A stretch of DNA of 64,000 nt from Giardia intestinalis (taxonomy: Eukaryota): NCBI GenBank assembly GCA_000002435.2, contig CM018793.1. One strand, 5' to 3'. The notes beneath the pieces were generated by a model. It was not told the origin of the DNA and made no database searches. It saw only the letters and a program-made list of their open reading frames with translations. Of this stretch, positions 1 through 11,200 are shown in pieces. Made by a program: the position numbers and the translations under genes. Positions within the stretch are counted from its first letter, which is position 1. Every line of letters starts with the position of its first letter.

Positions 1-351
1 ACTTGTTGGATGTTGAGCTTGTTATCTGCGCGACAAAGTTAGGTTAGTGGAAATAACACTAGCGCAATTAATGATCCCAGCGATATCTAAGCGCATTAAT
101 GAGTAGAAACAAGCCACTTTAGCCATTACCTAGGCTTAAACCCTTTATTCTAGGGCTCCCAGGCGAGACGTGCTGATACAGAGCTTACCTTAAAGTAAAC
201 ATGGTTAGGTATTTTACAACGGCTTCAACAGATATGTAGAAAGCAATAGTTTAATTCTATTACTTTAATCTATTCGTACCATTTCAAACTCCGACCGTAG
301 CCGATGAATATCTCACCAGCAAACAGACAGAGTCCAGAGCATGAGAGGAAG

Positions 352-358
352 ATTCACT
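352..358 (-). terminator. polyadenylation signal AGTGAAT for alpha-giardin
   Basis: The rc of attcact is AGTGAAT, which matches AGTRAAY, 4 nt past the TAA stop at 363-365. Confidence 0.6.
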
Positions 359-362
359 AGGG

Positions 363-1250
363 TTACATGACGTGCCAGAGGACGCAGCAGGCCTCGGCGA
401 GGTTCTTGGACATCGTGGCTCGGATGTCCTTGGCTAAGTTGCCGTAGTGGGCGTAGAGGACCTTGCACTGCTCCGCCTGATCGTAGAGCATCCCGGTGAT
501 GCGGCAGCAGCGGTCGGTGTCGCCCTTCTTCTGGCAAGCCAGGCTCAGGAGGTAGGCGGCGCCTCGGGCGGGGCAGTGGAGCGTCGCGTTGCAGCAGCAG
601 AGCGCGAGCTCGTCGTCGCCCTTGTAGGCCTCGATGAGGGCCTGCTCGATCGTCTTCTTGGCGATGCTCTCGAACGCCTCGGAGATCTGCTTCCACTCGC
701 TGGGGACGGTCGTGCCGAGGAGGCGGATGACCGTGTCCGTGTCCGGGTGCTTGACGCCGATCAGCGCGGCCTTCAGGGCCTCTGCATCACCCTGGGCGTT
801 GTTGCGGGCAGACCTGCAGAAGGCAAGCCAGGAGTTCACCATGCGGGCCCAGACGGTCTTGGAGCCGATCTCCTTCCTGAGCGTGGACTCGAAGTCGTCC
901 CCGAAGAGCTGGTGGTACCTGTCCTTGACCCTTGCGTAGACCTCGGGGGTCGTCGTCAGGAGCGCGTCCGTGAGGCACCTCTCGTCGTTCCCGCCCTTGA
1001 AGGCCTTCTTGATCAGCTTGCAGCGGACGTCGATCTCGTCGTCGAGGACGATCATCATGAGGTCCTTGTAGTCCCCGTTCTTGAACAAGGCGTCGAGGTA
1101 CTCGGAGGCCGTCTTCCCGTTGGCCGCCCTGAACGCGGCGTAGATCTCGGCGCGCTGCCTGTCGTCGAAGTCGGCGACGCTCCTCGCAAGCCCGTCCATG
1201 TCCTTGGCGTCGATGAGCGCCTTGATCTCGGTAGCCTTTGCCGCAGCCAT
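363..1250 (-). CDS. alpha-giardin (annexin-like cytoskeletal protein), 295 aa
   Basis: The real start is the internal Met MAAAKATEIKALIDAKD of the 413-aa ORF (ATG at 1248-1250), preceded by A/T-rich ttttaatttt. There are four annexin-like repeats. The C-terminal block (ITGMLYD...CVLWHVM) parallels the ends of alpha-1/alpha-2 giardins (...ITGMM...LWRVK). An AGTGAAT polyA signal on the minus strand (352-358) lies 4 nt past the stop. Confidence 0.85.
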   Translation of the reverse strand: MAAAKATEIKALIDAKDMDGLARSVADFDDRQRAEIYAAFRAANGKTASEYLDALFKNGDYKDLMMIVLDDEIDVRCKLIKKAFKGGNDERCLTDALLTTTPEVYARVKDRYHQLFGDDFESTLRKEIGSKTVWARMVNSWLAFCRSARNNAQGDAEALKAALIGVKHPDTDTVIRLLGTTVPSEWKQISEAFESIAKKTIEQALIEAYKGDDELALCCCNATLHCPARGAAYLLSLACQKKGDTDRCCRITGMLYDQAEQCKVLYAHYGNLAKDIRATMSKNLAEACCVLWHVM

Positions 1251-3979
1251 TTTTAATTTTGCCGAGCTGTTTCTCGCCGCATGCGGACGGCAGAGGTCGG
1301 GCCAGTAGATGGAGCGCCCCTTATCGCACCGGGCTGTGGTGCGTGGACGGGGCGAGTATGTCAATCCTGCTCGGGTGCATGCTGCGACAGTCGAAGACGA
1401 GGGTCTATGTTTCCACACATAAGGGAAGCAACAATTGAGTGCTGCAGCGCGCCCGGCCGCCTGTGCCGTGGCACCCCTGAGAAGGTGCTGCCCGACGATC
1501 ATGGCCAGCCCGTAGGCTAGTCGACACATCGTGGAAGCAACAGAACGTGAGAAGCATGAAAGGCCGGTCCATGGCACGAACCAGGATGCAGATGCTCCGT
1601 GCATCGGGGGATGGCACGCTGGCCTCGCGGCGGCAGAGCCGTCATCTGATCACTCATTTACTCTCCGCTTCACCGGGGCGGGGTTGTCCCCTGCTACCTG
1701 ACCAGGTCCTCCATGCGAGCCACCGCCGCCCCGGACAAGCCACTCCCCCCATGCACCGGCCGAGATCCAGAATCCGAAATCAGAAGGTCAGATGTCGTCC
1801 AGCTCCGACGGGGAGGATTGTGCCTCCTCCTCCAGGGTGGTAACGAATGCAGATGAGCGTCCGAGGCTGGTGGTGGGATCAGCCTCTCACACGCTAAGCT
1901 GACGCTCACCAGGATCATTGCCCGCTGGTCGAGATGGACCCACACGTGACCCATGTAAATCCCTCGACAAGAAATAGGAGTTGGGGTGCTTGGCTGGCAG
2001 AGGTGGACTGATCCTGCCCGCACCGGAGAGTAGTGGCCTGGGCCACCTGCCGGGTGTCTGCCACAGCAGTTGGCAGTGCCTGACACCCTCGAGTAGACAG
2101 GTGTCGTCTGCCGAGCAAGCCGACTTCGGTGAGCCAGTCCTAATCGCTCTTGGTGCCTCAGACGACGCCTCTCAGAGAGGTGGCCCTGGACCGACGCCTC
2201 GACAGACCGAAGCATCACCCCAAGTGTGTTGTGCAGTGCAGATGGAGCCCACACGTCACTGAGCCAGACACACTGCACAGAATGAGCGTCGACACGGTCT
2301 CGTGCTGGGTGACGGAGCACCTGCAAGAGCGCCCTGCGATCCATGAGCAGAGGGCCATACTTCTCCCCGACACAACACATGGGAGTACTCCATCGACATC
2401 CACGAATGCGTACCACAACCTCAAGATGGAGGCGTACGTGGAGCGCACCCTCCGATCATACTCGAGACTGATGGTATAATCCACGAGGAGACGAAGAGGC
2501 ACCCGAGGAACGGGGTAGACACCCGGGGTCGTGGCGTGCGATCTTCGTCATGGAGCACCAGGGCCCGGGCCACGTGGAGACCAGATCGCCGCGACAAACG
2601 CAAGGCCCTGAATAACGGGTGCCCACCAGTGCCAGACGATAGTTGACCCCGATGGGCCAGAGGAAGGGGGAACCCTAGAGGTAACGTGAGGAGCAGCGGC
2701 TTCCGGGGGACGGGGCACAGAGTCTTCTCCTGTCGGGATCGAGGGCATCTGATCTTCGGACTCTGGATTTTGATCTCAGCTGGTACACGAGCGAGAGATA
2801 CCCGCTTGCCCAGGACGGCAGTGGCTCGCACGGGAAATCACTCAGGTAGCGGGTGAGCCGTCATCTGAGCTCCCGGTCGACAGACTGCCTGGCCAGTACT
2901 GATATTATATGCCGCCCCATACATTATGCATTGAGAGAGTGGTACTGCACGAGGACGCAGTGGGGCGTCTTCTTCCTTGCTCTGGAGCCAACACCTGTTC
3001 ACTGTGAGGGCGCGGATGCTCAGAGCTTCCAGGGTCGTCTACATGTGCTGGTGAGACCGGGCGGGTAGCCTTCTGGCATTAGAGGCCTGCACAGGCCAAC
3101 AGGTCCCCTCCTTTGGTTCATGAGCCATGCACCGACGCTTTTCGAGAGGCGACCCGCTCCAAGCCAGGGAACTGCGGCGGAGCGTCCTTGTAGCCTGTTT
3201 GCTGAGGCGCTTCTTATCCCCATGATCACAGAGCTAGAGAAGGCAAGCCATACTCCCCGCTCGAAGCTCTGGGGGTAGAACACCAGTCACCAGACATGGC
3301 CACGGCCACAGCTGTTCTGGCGCCTATTCTATGGGCGCCGCCACACATGTCCTCGCTCTGTGCGCAGTAGCGGCCCAGTACACAAGGGCCTAAAGTAGGA
3401 ATGCCCCAGAGACTGCCGAGATAGCTCTTGGGGTCCTGTCTTCGGGTCCATCTCTGTCTTGATACTAGTGATGCTAGGGACAGAGCCGAGGAGGAAGCGC
3501 TTTACTGGGCTTGCTTCATCTTCTGATTTTTTCGGGTCTTGAGGAGTTGATCAAGCAGCAATAGACCGCGCCAACGAGCGAGCATCGCAGCGTCTGGCAG
3601 TAAGCAGCTCCAGCCCCTGACGCGTCTACTATCGGGTGGCCCGCCGCTCTCAAGTATTTGCAGCAACGACAGCAATAGGCAATCGCCGGCCTCTTTCGCG
3701 CGCACACCCTAGAGTGGCTTCTCAGAGGCACCCTCTGCGGCGTCCTTGCGCAGCAGTGGGCAGGGTCTCGGCAAGCTCTGCCTGCTAGGACGGTCGGGGC
3801 GTCTTCTCGGAGACTGATGGCCAGCTACCGTGGACACGCAGGAAGTCGTCTGTAGTGGTCTAAGCATCGGTATCGAACTCCACGTTAGAAGTCACCGCTT
3901 AGCGGGCCGGAACCGTGAGAGAGGGCCCCGCAAATGCATGTTGTTCCGCCCCACAACCCGCCATCGGTTGGCAGCCTTA

Positions 3980-6139
3980 ATGTTCGGCAGATTTTTGCTC
4001 GCGGGCGCCATTCTTCAGCTGGCACGGGCTGCGTGTGAAGAGGACAAAACCTCAACTGATGGAAAGTGTAAAACATGCGGGGTCACCATCGGCCAAGACA
4101 CTTGGTGCTCAGTTTGCATAGGAGAAAACTATGCGCCCATCAACGGAACATGCGCCGATATAACAACTGACTCTGTGGGCTCTGTCTTTTGCACCCAAAA
4201 GGCCGGCGGCGTTTGTACACAGTGTGCTGGGAACTCCTTTATGTTTGCAGGCGGCTGCTATTCCTCTTCGGAGGGTCTTCCCGGTTATAACTTGTGCTTA
4301 CGATCTGCTGGCAATGGCGTATGCGCAGAGGCTGCCCCAGGGTACTTCATTCCAGGCGAGACGGCTGCCACCAAGCCGTCGGTTATATCATGCAGCGACA
4401 AAACTGGACTGCTTATTACAGCACATACTTATAAGGGAGTGGAATTTTGTGAAGAGTGCAGCGGCTCGGAGCTGACCAGTGGCCAAGATGGAACCGCTAA
4501 GTGCACCAAGTGTGGAGCCAGCAAGTATCTCAAGGATAATGCGTGCGTGGACAACGCCGAGGCGTGCGGGAAGGGATACTTTGGTAAGCCAGATGCAGCA
4601 GCGGGTAATAAGTGCATTGCTTGTACAGATCAGTCCGACGGTGGCACGGCTGGGTGCGCCGAGTGCATGTATGACTCTAACACAAGGAAGGCCATTTGCA
4701 CAAAATGCACCACCGATTACCTCAGAAAGAAAGCAGATGGCACCACAGAGTGTGTGGCGGCGAATGAGTGCGACGATACTCAGAAAGGCTTTTATAAGGT
4801 GGTCGACTCCACAAATGGAAATAAGTGTGTATCGTGTGCCGACGGAGCCGGGCTCGCTGTCGGGACCGATGGGGCTTGGAAGGGTGTCGACGGATGTGCC
4901 AAGTGTATCAAGCCGGCAGATATAAACACACCCACAAAGTGCGACGAGTGCAAGCCGGGATATGAGATAAGTACAGACAAAACAAAATGCACAAGCACTG
5001 CACCACCGGACTGTCCAATCGAGAATTGCAAAGTGTGCTCCGAGGATAAGAGAGCCTGCGAGGAGTGCAATAGCAACAATTATCTTACCCCAACAAGAAT
5101 GTGCATAGATGACTGTAAAAAGATTGGAAACTACTATTATACCAGCAATGCTAACAATAAGCTGATCTGCAAGGAATGTGCTGTGGCTAATTGCAAGGAA
5201 TGCGAGAACACTGGGACTTGTAAGACGTGTGACGATGGATTTTACAAGAGTAGCGAAGAATGCAAGGCATGCGACTCCAACTGCAAAACATGTAATGGAG
5301 GAACTAGTGCCGATTGTACCAAGTGTCTTAGCGGAGCGGTACTCAAATATGGGAATGATGGCACTAAAGGCACATGCGGAGCTGGATGCGCAACGGGCAC
5401 AGGAGCAGGAGCATGCAAGACGTGCGGCCTAATTATTGACGGGACGAGCTATTGCTCAGAGTGTGCTGTCGAGACAGAATACCCCCAGGGTGGCGTCTGT
5501 AGCTCAACAACTGTCCGTGCTGCAGCCACTTGTAAGGCTGGAAGCGTTGCCAAGGGTATGTGTAATTCATGCACCAACGGATTCCTTCGTATGAATGGAG
5601 GCTGTTATGAGACAACCAAGTTCCCTGGAAAGAGCGTCTGTGAGGAAGCAGCATCGGCTGGGGATACCTGCCAAAAAGAGGCCCCAGGCTATCATCTTAA
5701 TAACAATGACCTTGTGACTTGCTCGCCTGGATGTAAGACGTGCACTAGTAACACTGTGTGTACTGCATGCATGGAGGGATATGTGAAAACTAGCGATTCG
5801 TGCGCAAAGTGTGCCGCTGGTTGTGCTACATGTACAGGGTCCACCACAGCTTGCGACACTTGCAGCACTGGGTACTACAAATCTGGGACTACCTGTGTGT
5901 CTTGCACGGAAAGCAACAGTGATAAGACTATCACCGGCGTCGCCAACTGCGCTAGCTGCGCTCCTCCACTCAACAATAAAGGGTCTGTCCTCTGCTACCT
6001 CATAAAGGATAGCGGTAGCACCAACAAAAGTGGTCTCAGCGCGGGCGCCATCGCGGGCATCTCCGTCGCAGTCATCATTGTTGTCGGCGGTCTTGTTGGG
6101 TTCCTCTGCTGGTGGTTTATGTGCAGAGGAAAAGCGTAG
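3980..6139 (+). CDS. variant-specific surface protein (VSP), 719 aa, copy 1
   Basis: The signal peptide is MFGRFLLAGAILQLARA. There are about 29 CXXC motifs and two GGCY motifs. The C-terminus is the conserved TM segment AIAGISVAVIIVVGGLVGFLCWWFM followed by the CRGKA tail. The VSP-typical 3' element ACTTAGGTAGTAAAT follows the stop. Confidence 0.95.
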   Translation: MFGRFLLAGAILQLARAACEEDKTSTDGKCKTCGVTIGQDTWCSVCIGENYAPINGTCADITTDSVGSVFCTQKAGGVCTQCAGNSFMFAGGCYSSSEGLPGYNLCLRSAGNGVCAEAAPGYFIPGETAATKPSVISCSDKTGLLITAHTYKGVEFCEECSGSELTSGQDGTAKCTKCGASKYLKDNACVDNAEACGKGYFGKPDAAAGNKCIACTDQSDGGTAGCAECMYDSNTRKAICTKCTTDYLRKKADGTTECVAANECDDTQKGFYKVVDSTNGNKCVSCADGAGLAVGTDGAWKGVDGCAKCIKPADINTPTKCDECKPGYEISTDKTKCTSTAPPDCPIENCKVCSEDKRACEECNSNNYLTPTRMCIDDCKKIGNYYYTSNANNKLICKECAVANCKECENTGTCKTCDDGFYKSSEECKACDSNCKTCNGGTSADCTKCLSGAVLKYGNDGTKGTCGAGCATGTGAGACKTCGLIIDGTSYCSECAVETEYPQGGVCSSTTVRAAATCKAGSVAKGMCNSCTNGFLRMNGGCYETTKFPGKSVCEEAASAGDTCQKEAPGYHLNNNDLVTCSPGCKTCTSNTVCTACMEGYVKTSDSCAKCAAGCATCTGSTTACDTCSTGYYKSGTTCVSCTESNSDKTITGVANCASCAPPLNNKGSVLCYLIKDSGSTNKSGLSAGAIAGISVAVIIVVGGLVGFLCWWFMCRGKA

Positions 6140-6151
6140 ATGTACTTAGGT

Positions 6152-6158
6152 AGTAAAT
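6152..6158 (+). terminator. Giardia polyadenylation signal AGTAAAT for VSP copy 1
   Basis: This is the AGTRAAY consensus, 13 nt after the stop, within the conserved VSP 3' element. Confidence 0.7.
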
Positions 6159-6600
6159 ACGTCACTGTATAAGCCTATCACTCCTGTTTCCAGGGCCTCG
6201 CCTGTAGGTGCATTCAAGGATCTCACGGGCAATTCTTATTCAATTTCTGGCCGTCCGGAGATGAGGGTTGGTTTTGGATAACATAACGAGAGAGTCCTCT
6301 CCAGTGATATATCCAGAGCCTAGCGCCTTCCCTGGTCGCTCTGTGGGTGTGTGCTCAGACCGAATGCGTACTTCGGTCCTTTCGGGGTTCAGGCCTTCTT
6401 ACGGACTCTCTGGTCCACCAGTGGCGCCTCTTCTTGGTCTTCCTTCGTGGCGGGTGAAGCTCCGGTCGCTGTCTTTTTTAGATGCCCCGTCCGCCAGGGG
6501 CTGCCATCGGGCTCTCCGCTGGCTGGGCCCTCGGTGTCCGGGCAGCTGTGGCTCGAGTCAGTGCTCCCACGGTCGCGGTCACGTAGGTCTCAGTGGGCCG

Positions 6601-6670
6601 GCTGGTGGGTGAGGCAGGGGTATGGGGCGGTGAGGCTGGTGGGGACTGGTGGGGGCTGAGGTGGGGGGTG
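6601..6670 (+). other. G-quadruplex-prone G-run tract at the inner end of arm A (mirrored as a C-rich tract at 8298-8367)
   Basis: The sequence ggtgggtgaggcaggggtatggggcggtgaggctggtggggactggtgggggctgaggtggggggtg has at least six runs of GGG or longer with short loops. Confidence 0.5.
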
Positions 6671-6687
6671 TCTGTATGTGCCTCTGG

Positions 6688-8280
6688 TCCCTCGATAGAC
6701 TGGGGTGATCATAGCTGTGGTGACTGGGGGCTGTCCATCTGTGACTCACCCCTCTGTGTGCTCGTGGTCTGTGAGTGCCTCCACCCAGACAACCCTCAGG
6801 AGCCGTGCACACCAGACAGAGAGGATGACCAAGGGGAGTCAAGTATCCCTGCCATGAGGGTGCACAGCAGCCAGCCTGGGCTGCATGGCCTGCTCAAGCG
6901 ATGTAGTGACAGACGACTCCCTCTGACAGCGACCCTGGTGACTGCACTGGTCTGCTCTCGAGGCTGAGTGGCAGTGTGCACAGACGGACCTGAGTCCAGG
7001 AGGGCCATCCACACACGGACAGACTGTGTGGACCCAGAGAGGACTGGAGTCTGCTCGGGACACGCTGACTGTAGACCTCATGCGAGAGCCCCAGACAGCC
7101 ACCCGAGAGGCAGTGACAGACACGGGCACCAGAGATCCCTAGCCAGACACATTGCTATGCTCATCCACAGGGGCATCAGAGGGCCAGGTGGAGTCACCCT
7201 CACAGTCAGGGCCTGGTAGGAAGCCAGAGGACTCACGCAGCACAGCAGAGCAGGCCCAAGGGAGGCACACTCCAGGCAGGTGAGCAGTGGCAGAGCCCTG
7301 ACAGCTGCCAGCCCCCATGACACCCAGGCAGGCACGACTCACCGAAGACTCTGCTGGCCTCGACTGCCTCTATCAATGACCCGAGGGGGCAGCAGCCAGA
7401 GGAGTGAGGAGGCCTTCGGATGACACAAGAGGCCCGGCTGTCCAGCAGACGATGGAGCACAGGTGGCCTCTGAGCACCACAAAGGCACAGGAGCCGACCA
7501 TCAGAGTGATGCCCGATCACAGAGACGACCACGAGCACCCTCCACCGCACTCTGAGGGGCTGTCGATCATTCCACTGCCTCTCATAGCAGACCTCCTTGA
7601 GGGCAGTGCAGTGAGTGACTCAGCTCATGCAGGAGGGTGCACGCCTCCCTCAGTATAGGGTGCCCCGACTCTCCCCGAGAAGTCATCAGAGCCACGAGGA
7701 GGGGTCAAGGTCCTGGTGGACCACATCGGGAACTCCTCGAGGGCACAGCAGGTGAGGTATGGGTAACCATCAGCGTGCTCCTCTCTGCATGATAGAGCAT
7801 CCTGAGACCAAGGAGGATCACCTCTGCCTACGGACGACACACAGCGCTCCACAACGAGGACCCACCAGGAGCAGCACAGCTGACCACGGAGACAGTGCAG
7901 TCACTGGTGCCCCACCATGCCAGTCTTCTGAGCCATCACACTAGAGGCACGAGAGAACCCCATCCCATCCACAGGGTCATCCACACCCCTGCTGGTCCCA
8001 GGTGAACTACCCTCGTCGAGGCACCGGACAGGGCATGCCAGGGGGCTCAGCAGACACGCACAGAGCAACAGGAGAGGCTGCGATGGCCTGCCTCAGTCCT
8101 CACGTACCGGCCAGGCAGAGAGGCAGTACTGCCCGAGGCATGCAGGGGCCAGGGAGGCACTCAGTCAGGGGGACACGACACGATCGTCGGTGCCTGTGTC
8201 TTGGAGTGCAACGAAGGCTGGGGATCAGACACAACCACCTTAGCAAACAGAGCGGGGATCACCCCAATGACCCACCGAAC
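6688..8280. other. Unique central spacer of the palindrome (~1.6 kb), non-coding, GC-rich and strongly strand-asymmetric
   Basis: It has no mirrored twin. Only short Pro/Arg-rich ORFs occur in every frame. Positions 6688-6965 are G/T-rich and 6966-8280 are markedly T-depleted (C/A/G-rich) on the plus strand. Confidence 0.7.
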
Positions 8281-11200
8281 CCAGGGGCACATACAGACAC
8301 CCCCCACCTCAGCCCCCACCAGTCCCCACCAGCCTCACCGCCCCATACCCCTGCCTCACCCACCAGCCGGCCCACTGAGACCTACGTGACCGCGACCGTG
8401 GGAGCACTGACTCGAGCCACAGCTGCCCGGACACCGAGGGCCCAGCCAGCGGAGAGCCCGATGGCAGCCCCTGGCGGACGGGGCATCTAAAAAAGACAGC
8501 GACCGGAGCTTCACCCGCCACGAAGGAAGACCAAGAAGAGGCGCCACTGGTGGACCAGAGAGTCCGTAAGAAGGCCTGAACCCCGAAAGGACCGAAGTAC
8601 GCATTCGGTCTGAGCACACACCCACAGAGCGACCAGGGAAGGCGCTAGGCTCTGGATATATCACTGGAGAGGACTCTCTCGTTATGTTATCCAAAACCAA
8701 CCCTCATCTCCGGACGGCCAGAAATTGAATAAGAATTGCCCGTGAGATCCTTGAATGCACCTACAGGCGAGGCCCTGGAAACAGGAGTGATAGGCTTATA
8801 CAGTGACGTATTTACTACCTAAGTACATCTACGCTTTTCCTCTGCACATAAACCACCAGCAGAGGAACCCAACAAGACCGCCGACAACAATGATGACTGC
8901 GACGGAGATGCCCGCGATGGCGCCCGCGCTGAGACCACTTTTGTTGGTGCTACCGCTATCCTTTATGAGGTAGCAGAGGACAGACCCTTTATTGTTGAGT
9001 GGAGGAGCGCAGCTAGCGCAGTTGGCGACGCCGGTGATAGTCTTATCACTGTTGCTTTCCGTGCAAGACACACAGGTAGTCCCAGATTTGTAGTACCCAG
9101 TGCTGCAAGTGTCGCAAGCTGTGGTGGACCCTGTACATGTAGCACAACCAGCGGCACACTTTGCGCACGAATCGCTAGTTTTCACATATCCCTCCATGCA
9201 TGCAGTACACACAGTGTTACTAGTGCACGTCTTACATCCAGGCGAGCAAGTCACAAGGTCATTGTTATTAAGATGATAGCCTGGGGCCTCTTTTTGGCAG
9301 GTATCCCCAGCCGATGCTGCTTCCTCACAGACGCTCTTTCCAGGGAACTTGGTTGTCTCATAACAGCCTCCATTCATACGAAGGAATCCGTTGGTGCATG
9401 AATTACACATACCCTTGGCAACGCTTCCAGCCTTACAAGTGGCTGCAGCACGGACAGTTGTTGAGCTACAGACGCCACCCTGGGGGTATTCTGTCTCGAC
9501 AGCACACTCTGAGCAATAGCTCGTCCCGTCAATAATTAGGCCGCACGTCTTGCATGCTCCTGCTCCTGTGCCCGTTGCGCATCCAGCTCCGCATGTGCCT
9601 TTAGTGCCATCATTCCCATATTTGAGTACCGCTCCGCTAAGACACTTGGTACAATCGGCACTAGTTCCTCCATTACATGTTTTGCAGTTGGAGTCGCATG
9701 CCTTGCATTCTTCGCTACTCTTGTAAAATCCATCGTCACACGTCTTACAAGTCCCAGTGTTCTCGCATTCCTTGCAATTAGCCACAGCACATTCCTTGCA
9801 GATCAGCTTATTGTTAGCATTGCTGGTATAATAGTAGTTTCCAATCTTTTTACAGTCATCTATGCACATTCTTGTTGGGGTAAGATAATTGTTGCTATTG
9901 CACTCCTCGCAGGCTCTCTTATCCTCGGAGCACACTTTGCAATTCTCGATTGGACAGTCCGGTGGTGCAGTGCTTGTGCATTTTGTTTTGTCTGTACTTA
10001 TCTCATATCCCGGCTTGCACTCGTCGCACTTTGTGGGTGTGTTTATATCTGCCGGCTTGATACACTTGGCACATCCGTCGACACCCTTCCAAGCCCCATC
10101 GGTCCCGACAGCGAGCCCGGCTCCGTCGGCACACGATACACACTTATTTCCATTTGTGGAGTCGACCACCTTATAAAAGCCTTTCTGAGTATCGTCGCAC
10201 TCATTCGCCGCCACACACTCTGTGGTGCCATCTGCTTTCTTTCTGAGGTAATCGGTGGTGCATTTTGTGCAAATGGCCTTCCTTGTGTTAGAGTCATACA
10301 TGCACTCGGCGCACCCAGCCGTGCCACCGTCGGACTGATCTGTACAAGCAATGCACTTATTACCCGCTGCTGCATCTGGCTTACCAAAGTATCCCTTCCC
10401 GCACGCCTCGGCGTTGTCCACGCACGCATTATCCTTGAGATACTTGCTGGCTCCACACTTGGTGCACTTAGCGGTTCCATCTTGGCCACTGGTCAGCTCC
10501 GAGCCGCTGCACTCTTCACAAAATTCCACTCCCTTATAAGTATGTGCTGTAATAAGCAGTCCAGTTTTGTCGCTGCATGATATAACCGACGGCTTGGTGG
10601 CAGCCGTCTCGCCTGGAATGAAGTACCCTGGGGCAGCCTCTGCGCATACGCCATTGCCAGCAGATCGTAAGCACAAGTTATAACCGGGAAGACCCTCCGA
10701 AGAGGAATAGCAGCCGCCTGCAAACATAAAGGAGTTCCCAGCACACTGTGTACAAACGCCGCCGGCCTTTTGGGTGCAAAAGACAGAGCCCACAGAGTCA
10801 GTTGTTATATCGGCGCATGTTCCGTTGATGGGCGCATAGTTTTCTCCTATGCAAACTGAGCACCAAGTGTCTTGGCCGATGGTGACCCCGCATGTTTTAC
10901 ACTTTCCATCAGTTGAGGTTTTGTCCTCTTCACACGCAGCCCGTGCCAGCTGAAGAATGGCGCCCGCGAGCAAAAATCTGCCGAACATTAAGGCTGCCAA
11001 CCGATGGCGGGTTGTGGGGCGGAACAACATGCATTTGCGGGGCCCTCTCTCACGGTTCCGGCCCGCTAAGCGGTGACTTCTAACGTGGAGTTCGATACCG
11101 ATGCTTAGACCACTACAGACGACTTCCTGCGTGTCCACGGTAGCTGGCCATCAGTCTCCGAGAAGACGCCCCGACCGTCCTAGCAGGCAGAGCTTGCCGA

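Larger units (their letters stand above)
1438..6687. repeat. Arm A of a large inverted repeat (~5.25 kb), mirror of 8281-13530
   Basis: Every ORF in this arm has an identical reverse-complement twin with coordinates summing to 14968, so the centre of symmetry is 7484. Checking the boundaries by hand shows identity ending at 1438/13530 (outer) and about 6687/8281 (inner). Confidence 0.9.

Noticed and set aside
1-362. Possible telomeric or subtelomeric context (TAGGG repeats) at the window start near the VSP locus
   Set aside because: No (TAGGG)n or CCCTA repeats are present anywhere in the window. The flanks are ordinary housekeeping genes.
447-1256. 269-aa ORF antisense to alpha-giardin; similar long antisense ORFs at 44757-45848 (363 aa, opposite the 14-3-3 gene) and 20743-21339
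   Set aside because: These are GC-rich, Arg/Leu/Val/Asp-rich translations with no homology. Such ORFs are the expected by-product of codon bias opposite genuine, well-recognised genes (alpha-giardin, 14-3-3).
1694-2416. 240-aa ORF (and its mirror 12552-13274) and other mirrored ORFs inside the repeat arms
   Set aside because: The Arg/Pro/Gly-rich composition looks random and I recognise no homology. They are duplicated only because the whole arm is duplicated, so they are not independent evidence of coding.
7233-7550. Cys-rich 105-aa ORF in the spacer, considered as a VSP pseudogene fragment
   Set aside because: The cysteines are not arranged as CXXC, and there is no GGCY motif or VSP TM/CRGKA tail. 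It most likely reflects GC-rich composition.
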